Assembly: GCA_964401865.1 (NCBI GenBank)
Contig: CAYNZZ010000019.1
Span: 1 to 21,265 of the forward strand
Source: an uncultured Erysipelotrichaceae bacterium
Lineage (GTDB): Bacteria; Bacillota_I; Bacilli_A; Erysipelotrichales; Erysipelotrichaceae
Direction: 5' to 3'
Length of the DNA stretch: 21,265 nt
Shown: in pieces, positions 1-7,057 of the stretch
Numbering within the stretch: the first letter of the stretch is position 1
How the letters are laid out: every line of letters starts with the position of its first letter
Program-made: the position numbers and the translations under genes
Notes under the pieces: generated by a model
Told to the model about the DNA's origin: nothing
The model's input: only the letters and a program-made list of their open reading frames with translations
Database searches by the model: none

Positions 1-108
1 TATATCCTGTTTAAGTTTTCCATATGCAACCATTCTTCTATATTTTGGTGCAAATACTATATGATACTTACATGTCCATTTAGTATGTGATAGACTATCA
101 TTATCCAA
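1..108 (-). mobile_element. tnpA: IS200/IS605-family Y1 transposase TnpA, 5' end only (gene runs off the left edge of the window)
   Basis: Not in the ORF track because it is partial. The reverse-complement translation of 108..1 reads (TTG)DNDSLSHTKWTCKYHIVFAPKYRRMVAYGKLKQDI. This matches the conserved IS200 TnpA N-terminus (SLxHTxWxCKYHIVFxPKYRR). The frame stays open to position 1. Confidence 0.7.
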
Positions 109-121
109 TTGGATAATGATA
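96..121. repeat. Perfect 26-bp palindrome tatcattatccaa/ttggataatgata enclosing the putative tnpA TTG start (106..108)
   Basis: Read directly from the sequence; the two 13-nt arms are exact reverse complements with no loop. The position matches the start-region hairpin described for IS200-type elements. Confidence 0.6.
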
Positions 122-146
122 CCATTTACTCAAGTGTGTTATGTCA

Positions 147-183
147 CACCTGCATAGCAGGTGGATTTATGGTTTATAACCAT
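147..183. repeat. Two short hairpins (cacctgc-ata-gcaggtg at 147..163; atggtt-tat-aaccat at 169..183), candidate IS200/IS605 left-end subterminal structures
   Basis: Exact 7-bp and 6-bp stems read from the sequence, lying between the tnpA start and the guaA terminator. IS200/IS605 ends are known to carry subterminal hairpins recognised by TnpA. Confidence 0.35.
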
Positions 184-185
184 TA

Positions 186-212
186 AAAAAGTGCCTGTTT
201 AAGGCACTTTTT
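186..212. terminator. Bidirectional rho-independent terminator (guaA 3' end; may also insulate the IS)
   Basis: Sequence aaaaa-gtgcct-gttta-aggcac-ttttt: a 6-bp GC-rich stem flanked by an A-run and a T-run. It starts 13 nt downstream of the guaA stop (225..227, minus strand). Confidence 0.75.
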
Positions 213-224
213 AAGTATATTTTC

Positions 225-1526
225 TTATTCCCACTCAATAGTTGCGCATGGTTTTGGTGACAAATCATAACATACGCGATTTACATTTTCTACTTCGTTC
301 AAAATACGATCTGTAATCTTCTTCAAGATTGGCCATTCAATCTCTTCAATTGAAGCACTCATAGCATCAATAGTATTGATAGCTCTAATAATAACTGGAT
401 ATTCATAACATCTAGCATTATCTTTTACACCGACTGATTTAAAATCAGGAACAATAGTGAAATATTGCCATACTTTCTTATCCAAACCTGCCTTAGCAAA
501 TTCTTCTCTTAAAATAGCATCAGCCTCTCTTACGCATGTCAATCTTTCACGAGTAATGGCTCCAAGACATCTAACTCCAAGTCCTGGTCCTGGGAATGGT
601 TGACGATAAACCATTTCATATGGAAGGCCTAATTCAGTTCCGCACGCTCTAACTTCGTCCTTAAACAAATAATATAAAGGTTCAACTAATTCAAATTTCA
701 AATCTTCAGGCAACCCACCAACATTATGATGTGACTTAACAACTTTAGCAGTCTTGGTTCCGGACTCTACGATATCCGGATAAATTGTTCCTTGAGCCAA
801 GAAATCAATGCCATCAAGTTTCCTTGCTTCTTCTTCAAATACGCGAATGAACTCAGCGCCTATAATCTTACGTTTTTGTTCAGGATCTGCCACACCTGCA
901 AGTTTATCCAAAAATCTATCGGTTGCATCAACATATACTAAATTTGCATGCATTTGATTCTTGAATACTTCAATAACAGCTTCTGACTCACCTTTTCTCA
1001 TTAAACCATGATTAACATGAACGCAAGTCAATTGACTACCGATTGCCTTAATTAATAATGCTGCAACTACCGATGAATCAACGCCACCAGAAAGAGCTAG
1101 CAATACTTTTTTATCGCCAACCTGTCTTTTAATTAGCTCAACTTGGTCAGCAATGAAATTCTTCATATTCCAATTCGCTTCAGCATGACATTTTTCGAAT
1201 AAGAATCGTTTTAAAACTTCTTTTGTTTCTTCTTTACTTAACCAATCAGCTAATGTTTCGCATTTATCTGTTGCATAATTTACAGCCAACACCGGAACAC
1301 CAACTTCATATATATAGTCATTAACATGTATTTCTTTACCATCAACTACATTTAATGGTCCACCATTAATGATGATGCCTTTAACATTATCTAACTTTTT
1401 GAATTCTTCAGCAGTGATATCATGAGCCTTGATTTCGCTATAAACACCTAATTCACGAACTGTACGCGCAATTACAGTATTTTCTTTGCTACCAAGGTCG
1501 AGGATTAAAATCATATCTTGTTTCAT
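225..1526 (-). CDS. guaA: GMP synthase (ATP-pyrophosphatase and dimerisation domains intact; N-terminal GATase domain degenerate and shortened)
   Basis: ORF 225..1550. An SD aaggag lies 8 nt upstream of the ATG at 1526 (MKQDMILILDLGS...), giving 433 aa. It has the P-loop SGGVDSS, KSHHNVGGLP, FPGPGLGVR and the terminal PKPCATIEWE typical of GuaA. The N-terminal part aligns to GATase only up to GVPVLAVNY, where the GxCxG nucleophile elbow should be. Confidence 0.9.
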   Translation of the reverse strand: MKQDMILILDLGSKENTVIARTVRELGVYSEIKAHDITAEEFKKLDNVKGIIINGGPLNVVDGKEIHVNDYIYEVGVPVLAVNYATDKCETLADWLSKEETKEVLKRFLFEKCHAEANWNMKNFIADQVELIKRQVGDKKVLLALSGGVDSSVVAALLIKAIGSQLTCVHVNHGLMRKGESEAVIEVFKNQMHANLVYVDATDRFLDKLAGVADPEQKRKIIGAEFIRVFEEEARKLDGIDFLAQGTIYPDIVESGTKTAKVVKSHHNVGGLPEDLKFELVEPLYYLFKDEVRACGTELGLPYEMVYRQPFPGPGLGVRCLGAITRERLTCVREADAILREEFAKAGLDKKVWQYFTIVPDFKSVGVKDNARCYEYPVIIRAINTIDAMSASIEEIEWPILKKITDRILNEVENVNRVCYDLSPKPCATIEWE

Positions 1527-1745
1527 AAAGTGTGCTCCTTTTTTTAACAAAAAAATTTTACAACAAAATCTAATAATAGTATAGAAAAAAGTACATTTTT
1601 TGATGTTTTTTGCACATTTTTATACGCACCTATAAATAATATAGAAAGGCCAATTAATGCGCAGAAATAAACAAAAGGTTATAATTGGTTCAAACACATA
1701 AATAGATTTGTAATGTGACAAAAGAAAAACATTTACAAAACAAGT

Positions 1746-2215
1746 TCATCGAAGTAATAACTGTGTTTTCCCATTATACATGTCTTCATTTTTTCGAATA
1801 TAACTTGCAGTTATTAACCCATTTTCTTCTTGGATATCCTTTAATTTTAAACGGTACCTTACATTATTGCCTTCAAATAGTCTAATGCCTTTTCCTAATA
1901 ATATCGGAATAGTTGTTATGCAATACTCGTCAATCAAATCATTTTTCATGAACTCGCCAACGACATTGCTTCCGCCACAAATCCAAATATTTTTGCCAGG
2001 TTCTTTTTTTAAATCATTAATCAATTCTTTGATATTTATTTCAACAAAACTGATGTCTTTTAAATCATTTAACTTTTTATGCGTTAAAACATAGGTTTGT
2101 ATTCCTTTATAAACCCATTCGTTTTTAGACAATTCGTTAGCAATTTGATGATATGTGTTATATTCCATGATTATAACATCGATGTTTGGAATAAAATTCG
2201 TACAGGTAAGCAAGA
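1746..2215 (-). pseudogene. RibD C-terminal/dihydrofolate-reductase-like family protein, 5'-truncated with a probable 1-nt indel
   Basis: NIDVIIMEYNTYHQ...GKNIWICGGSNVVGEFMKNDLIDEYCITTIPILLGKGIRLF fits the RibD_C/DHFR-like family pattern (GG...LIDE...P.LG.G..LF). The usual ~35-aa N-terminus (MRK-hydrophobic-SLDGYIA) is absent. A second frame reading ...AYLYEFYS joins the main frame at the run near 2185..2187. The track's N-terminal 48 aa look non-native. Confidence 0.6.
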
Positions 2216-2216
2216 A

Positions 2217-2834
2217 AAGACATTTCACGAAATAATTGTTCAAGTTGGAAACAAAGACACAATGAACACTAAATCCGACGATGGAATGCTCGCTAGAGAA
2301 ATTCCTATTCAATATATGAATGAATTTATTAAAAGAAATAATAGTTTGTTTATATGTCTTCTCTTCTCATCTTCGTATGGATGAAGAAACGCCACATTTG
2401 CATATCGATTTTATCCCTTATACAACCAATAGTAAACGAGGATTAGAAACTCGTGTTTCATTAAAACAAGCTTTAAATAAATTGGGCTTTAAAGGTAACG
2501 GAAAACACGAAACAGAATTTCTTTTATGGAAACATTTCGAAGAAGAACAACTTGCTAAAATAATGAAATCTTATGATATCGAATTGGAAAAGTTAGATAC
2601 TCACAATGAGCATTTAAGTGTCTATGACTATAAAAACAAGAGAGAGTTAAAGAAGTTGAAACGTTAGAAAGGCAAGTAGATCAACTTTCACAAAAACTTG
2701 ATTCGTATAAAAGAGATATCGATGAAACAGAAACAATTTCAAACGAAGTTAATAATGATATCTGGGCTGTTCCAGAACCCAAACGTTTTATGAGTGCTAA
2801 TGCTTATAAAAAAGAAATTGTAGATGTTTTTTAG
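2217..2834 (+). pseudogene. MobV (Mob_Pre) plasmid-recombination/relaxase remnant: N-terminal ~85 aa missing, two frameshifts
   Basis: Frame 0 reads KTFHEIIVQVGNKD...EIPIQYMNEFIKRN. Frame 1 (ORF 2320..2667) carries the HxDExxPHxH-type motif SHLRMDEETPHLHIDFIPY. Frame 0 resumes with ERVKEVETLERQVDQLSQKLDSYKRDIDETE...VPEPKRFMSANAYKKEIVDVF* (stop 2832..2834). The second frame switch maps to an A5 run (~2632..2636) and the first to an A-rich stretch (~2331..2345). The catalytic N-terminal region is absent. Confidence 0.75.
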
Positions 2835-3013
2835 AAAATACTGGTTGTATTCCAAAAACTTCTAGAATAATTCAATGTATTATTATCTAATAACAACAAT
2901 TCTATTTTTCTAACATCAATATCCAGACTTTTAAATATACTTTAGTTATAATTATCTGTAAAATCCTTATTTTATAAAGGATATTACGCTATTATTTAAC
3001 TAGGTGATATAGT

Positions 3014-3781
3014 ATGAAATATTATGATGAGATTTTAGATTTAGGAGTTTTCACAAGACGAGATATAGAAGAAATTATTCAAAATCCTAAAACAGCAGAT
3101 TCTTTTATATCACGTTCCTTAAAAAACGGATATATCAAAAGAGTTAAACAGAATTATTATGTTGCAATGGATATTGTAAACAATAATCCACTTTATAATA
3201 AATATTTAATTGCTACAAAGTTAGATAAAAGCAACTATATATCATATCACTCAGCTTTAGAATATTATGGTTACAACAATCAAGTATTTAATGAAGTCGT
3301 ATATTCTGGAAATAACAGAGTGAGTGATTTTGATTTTGAATGTATCACTTATCATTTTGTTCAAAGCAAATGCGATCTCCAAATAGAAACAAAATATGAT
3401 GGCACAAAAGTAACTAGCATTGAAAGAACGGTTATCGATTGTATTGATCAAATAGATTTAGCAGGTGGTATAGAAGAAATTTATCGAGCTTTAGATTCTA
3501 TTCATAATATAAACGAGAGCAAATTAATTGAAATATTACACTTTTACAATAAAAAGGTTTTATTCCAAAGAACAGGTTATATTTTAGAAACATTTAAAAA
3601 TAATTTAGGCATTAGCGATACTACCCTTAATTACATTCAAACTAAAATTGGTTCTTCAAAATGTTATTTAAACTCATCTAGAAAAATTGGTAATACTGCA
3701 TTAAATAAGAAATGGAATGTATGTGTTCCTAACTACACTTCAACAATACTGAGTAAAGGAAGTGATGATAATGAACTTTAA
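3014..3781 (+). CDS. abiEi: Type IV toxin-antitoxin system AbiEi-family antitoxin / transcriptional regulator
   Basis: 255-aa ORF with SD aggtga upstream. It has an N-terminal wHTH-like segment (GVFTRRDIEEII...NGYIKRVKQNYYV) and a C-terminal SYHSALEYYGY...VTSIERTVIDCI segment typical of AbiEi. Its 3' end overlaps the abiEii start by 11 nt. Confidence 0.8.
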   Translation: MKYYDEILDLGVFTRRDIEEIIQNPKTADSFISRSLKNGYIKRVKQNYYVAMDIVNNNPLYNKYLIATKLDKSNYISYHSALEYYGYNNQVFNEVVYSGNNRVSDFDFECITYHFVQSKCDLQIETKYDGTKVTSIERTVIDCIDQIDLAGGIEEIYRALDSIHNINESKLIEILHFYNKKVLFQRTGYILETFKNNLGISDTTLNYIQTKIGSSKCYLNSSRKIGNTALNKKWNVCVPNYTSTILSKGSDDNEL

Positions 3782-4339
3782 TAAAAGACAACTATAAAAA
3801 GAAGCCAATAAATATCATTATGTCAGGGATACTTATGAGAAAGTTGTTCGCTTAACTGATATATTATCTTACATCCACTCTGAACCTTTATTATTTAATA
3901 ATTTAGCTTTAAAAGGTGGAACAGCTATAAATTTAACTATATTTAATCTACCCCGTTTATCTGTTGATATCGATTTAGATTTCACCATCAATTCCTCAAG
4001 AGATGAAATGATGAAAACAAGAAAGCAAATAAAAGCATTGCTTGTAAATTACTTAGAAAAAATGATTACAAACTAGGCAAAAATACTCGTGAACATCACG
4101 CTCTTGATAGCCTTAAAGCTACATATTTTAATGCCAGTGGAAATCTTGATAGCATCAAAATAGAAATAAACTATATGTTAAGAGCTCATATCTATGAACC
4201 TGTCATCGTAAAAACACAAAACTATGGATTGATTGGTGAAGTAGAGGTTAGAACCATCAACCCAATTGAGATATTCGGAAGTAAACTAGCAGCCCTAATG
4301 ACTCGTTCAACACCAAGAGATCTTTATGATTTTTTATAT
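3771..4339 (+). pseudogene. abiEii: AbiEii/AbiGii-family nucleotidyltransferase toxin remnant (in-frame TAA, frameshift, 3' truncation)
   Basis: ATG 3771 gives MNFNKRQL, then TAA (3795..3797), then KEANKYHYVRDTYEKVV...LALKGGTAINL...PRLSVDIDLDF (the GG...DxD nucleotidyltransferase motif). A frame switch occurs at the A-run ~4066..4071. The reading continues DYKLGKNTREHHALDSLK...INYMLRAHIYEP...STPRDLYDFLY and ends where parA begins (4340). Confidence 0.8.
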
Positions 4340-5101
4340 ATGAAAACCACAAAAATTATAGCAGTGGTTAACCAGAAAGGTGGCGTTGGTAAAACAACAA
4401 CAGCCATGAATCTTGGCATAGGATTATCCAAGAATGGCTATAAGACATTGCTTGTTGATTTTGATCCACAAGGAGATTTAACCTGCTGCTTAGGATGGAA
4501 AGACAGTGACTCATTTAATCTGACAACATCTACATTATTAATGAATACCATGAACAATATAGAAACAGATTTTAACGAGCTGATTCTTCATCACAACGAA
4601 GTAGTTGACCTTATTACTTCAAATATTGATCTGGCTTCTACTGAGGTAAATCTTATCCAGGCATTTACTCGAGAAACCATTCTTAGGAACAGTTTAAATC
4701 AAGTAAAGAACAATTATGACTATGTGATTATCGACTGTCCCCCTACTCTAGGCTTATTAACAGTAAACGCTTTAAGTGCAGCATCAGATGTTATCATCCC
4801 TGTTCAGACGCATTACTTATCTACTAAGGGTATGACAAGACTAATTGGATCTATCAGCCAGGTAAAGAATCACGTTAATCCTGATTTGAATATTGCTGGT
4901 ATCTGCTTAACCTTATATGACGCCAGAACCAATGTTGCCAAGAGCACTGTTGAAGCAGTTAAAGATGGATTCGAAAAGCATATCAAAATCTTTAATACCA
5001 TTATTCCAATGGGCATAAAAGCCAGTGAATCAGGTATAGATGGAAAAAGCGTATATGAATATGCGAAATCATCTGATGTTGTGCTGCCTATGGCAAATTA
5101 A
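4340..5101 (+). CDS. parA: ParA/Soj-type partition ATPase (C-terminal frameshift; track ORF 4175..5101 is an AbiEii-ParA chimera)
   Basis: MKTTKIIAVVNQKGGVGKTTT carries the deviant Walker A; DCPPTLG is also present. The first 55 codons of the track ORF are AbiEii sequence. Near ~5075 another frame reads AAYGKLTKEIINVTQKNKTELMR* and ends at 5152..5154, just before the parB SD. That looks like the native C-terminus. Confidence 0.85.
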   Translation: MKTTKIIAVVNQKGGVGKTTTAMNLGIGLSKNGYKTLLVDFDPQGDLTCCLGWKDSDSFNLTTSTLLMNTMNNIETDFNELILHHNEVVDLITSNIDLASTEVNLIQAFTRETILRNSLNQVKNNYDYVIIDCPPTLGLLTVNALSAASDVIIPVQTHYLSTKGMTRLIGSISQVKNHVNPDLNIAGICLTLYDARTNVAKSTVEAVKDGFEKHIKIFNTIIPMGIKASESGIDGKSVYEYAKSSDVVLPMAN

Positions 5102-5158
5102 CAAAAGAAATTATTAACGTAACTCAGAAAAACAAAACTGAATTAATGAGGTGATGAC

Positions 5159-6172
5159 ATGGCTAAACTGAACCTTGGTCTCCCCTCTTATGAGGACAGT
5201 ATCTTCTCTACCCAACAGGAAAGAAATGCTCTAAAAGCTGAAAGAGTTACAAAATACCAATTGCACAAATTAGAGATTTTGAAGGTCATCCATTTAGTGT
5301 TGTTCTGGATGATGATATGAAAAAAACTGATGGAATCAATTCAAACCAGCGGTATGAATACACCAGCTATCGTTCGTCCTGCTAAATATGGCAATGGATA
5401 TGAAATGATTGCTGGACACCGAAGAAAATTTGCATTGAATCAATTAGGGATTGCAGATATGGATGTCATCATTCGTAATTATGACGATGATGATGCAGTA
5501 ATCCATATGGTTGATACAAATATTCAAAGAGAAACCATAAAACCTACTGAGCGTGGATATGCATATAAGATGCGTTTGGATGCAATGGTTCATCAAGGTA
5601 AGAAAAAAGATTTTTCAGATGTTGATGTTGGTGTTGAGTATAACTCAACTTCTCGACAAGTTGGCGAAAAGTATACAAGCGTTGCTGTACTCGCATCACA
5701 ACTGAATGAAAGCGAAAGACAGATACAGCGATTTATCCGATTAACATATCTGAACAAGGATCTGCAACAAATGGTTGACCACATTCATCCTGAAGATATA
5801 ACAATAGCATTCAATCCAGCAGTTGAACTGTCATTTCTTAATTTGGATGAGCAAAACGATTTAACAGAATTAATTCTGGAAAAACTGGCAACGCCATCAC
5901 TGGCTCAGTGTCAGGATTTCAAAAAGAAAAGCAAAGAAGGCATTCTCACTAAGAGCTATATGGATAGGGTTCTTAGTTTGGAGAAACCAAACTAAAGGGA
6001 AACGATAAATATTCCATTCAGTGAAACGAATGAGATTTATCCAAAAGACATCACTCCCAGAGGAAGACGACTTCATCTTAAGAAGCTCTGGAAGATTTGG
6101 AAGAATAGCACGGAATATGAAAAGGACATCAAAGAAATTCGTGATGCAAGAAAGAAAAGTCACGAAAGATAG
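5159..6172 (+). pseudogene. parB: ParB/KorB-like nuclease-domain protein of conjugative elements (two compensating homopolymer frameshifts plus an in-frame TAA)
   Basis: SD gaggtg plus ATG 5159 gives MAKLNLGLPSYEDSIFSTQQERNALKAERVTK. The frame shifts at the A4 run ~5255 to IPIAQIRDFEGHPFSVVLDDDMKK, then back at the A7 run 5320..5326 to LMESIQTSGMNTPAIVRP...IAGHRRKFA (ParB box). An in-frame TAA at 5993..5995 is followed by 58 further open codons in the same frame, to TAG 6170..6172. Confidence 0.8.
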
Positions 6173-6411
6173 TCCAGGTACAAATTATGAATTTGCACAT
6201 ATTCCTTGAAAACAGGTAATGAGGGGGGCCTGGCTATGCGTTTCAACGTGACTGTCTTTTCCCCCTGAAACCCCTCTACAACCCGAAAGAATATCTTTCG
6301 TTACTAACCGAAAGAAAAAAATAACTGTTATTCATATATTTGAATATCTGCAGTATTAACAATACCTTCTAACTGAAAGGAACTGGATAAATATCCAGAA
6401 TATGAAACATT

Positions 6412-7002
6412 ATGAAATCTAAAAAACTATCAGTTGTATTTATTTCATTACTATTGGTTGGTTGTTCAGCAAGAACTGATCCTGTATTACTAGTAGAACC
6501 TACACAGAACGATACAGAATCAATACAAAGCACAATTCAGGAAACTATTGTTGATGAGGAAAATGCTGAAGAACTTTTAGAAGAGGAAACAAAAGAAGAA
6601 ACAAGTAATTCTTTTTCTTCGGAAAGTAATTCACCAGCTCCATCTTCTAATGAACAGCCTAAATCAAAGGAACCAGAGGTAAAAAAAGAAGAGGAAAAGA
6701 AACCTGATCCTAAACCTGCTCCTGATCCAGTTATTGAAGTTCCTGCTCCACAGCCTGAACCACCAAAGCCTGATCCTACACCAACTCCTGCACCAGAACC
6801 ACCTAAAGAAGAACCTAAAAAGACATTTGTTCTTCCAGCAAACTGGAGTAATGGTGATGAGCATCATGAATATTACCTGACAACAGCAGAAGCAGCTGCA
6901 AGAGTTAAAGAGCTATGGGATCAGAGGAAAGATGCAGGATACAGTGAACTGTATGATGCAGAAACCAATACAACATACGCCTGGGTTACCTGGTGGGAAT
7001 AA
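6412..7002 (+). CDS. Putative lipoprotein with acidic and Pro-rich linker (unknown function)
   Basis: MKSKKLSVVFISLLLVGCSA is a signal peptide with an L-V-G-C lipobox. A long E/K-rich then PxP-rich linker follows (PEPPKPDPTPTPAPEPP), then a ~55-aa Trp/Tyr-rich C-terminal module. There is no clear SD, so the start is uncertain. Confidence 0.65.
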   Translation: MKSKKLSVVFISLLLVGCSARTDPVLLVEPTQNDTESIQSTIQETIVDEENAEELLEEETKEETSNSFSSESNSPAPSSNEQPKSKEPEVKKEEEKKPDPKPAPDPVIEVPAPQPEPPKPDPTPTPAPEPPKEEPKKTFVLPANWSNGDEHHEYYLTTAEAAARVKELWDQRKDAGYSELYDAETNTTYAWVTWWE

Positions 7003-7057
7003 ATACAATTACGGCAATCGTTACGGTTTCCTTTTTTAATGAAAGGAAAGAATTATT

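Noticed and set aside
1527-1745. Purine/guanine riboswitch upstream of guaA
   Set aside because: I read the minus-strand leader and found none of the conserved purine-riboswitch core elements (the UAUAAU...GGAUAUGG...UUUCUACC...CCGUAAAU-like pattern). It is just AT-rich sequence. A covariance-model scan would be needed to be certain.
1867-2384. ORFs 1867..2094(+) and 2097..2384(+) as independent genes
   Set aside because: The first is antisense to the DHFR-like gene. Only the 3' part of the second (from ~2217) carries Mob-like sequence, and that part is incorporated in the mob pseudogene call.
4175-4339. N-terminal extensions of track ORFs taken at face value (parA from 4175; also guaA from 1550, fic from 11555, giant gene from 19950, HTH from 20206, recombinase from 20974)
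   Set aside because: In each case an internal ATG with a properly spaced SD matches the family N-terminus. The upstream codons are either another gene's sequence (AbiEii), overlap a promoter, or start at TTG/GTG without an SD.
5593-6209. ORFs 5593..5784(-), 5897..6163(-), 6021..6209(+)
   Set aside because: These are antisense or alternative frames of the ParB-like gene and its read-through tail. The frame continuing from parB past the TAA at 5993 gives the more protein-like sequence.
6650-6830. Pro-rich region of the lipoprotein gene as a DNA tandem repeat or contingency locus
   Set aside because: The cct/cca/gaa-rich stretch is compositionally biased coding sequence (PxP linker) without an exact repeating unit. 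The antisense ORF 6664..6867 is a by-product of it.
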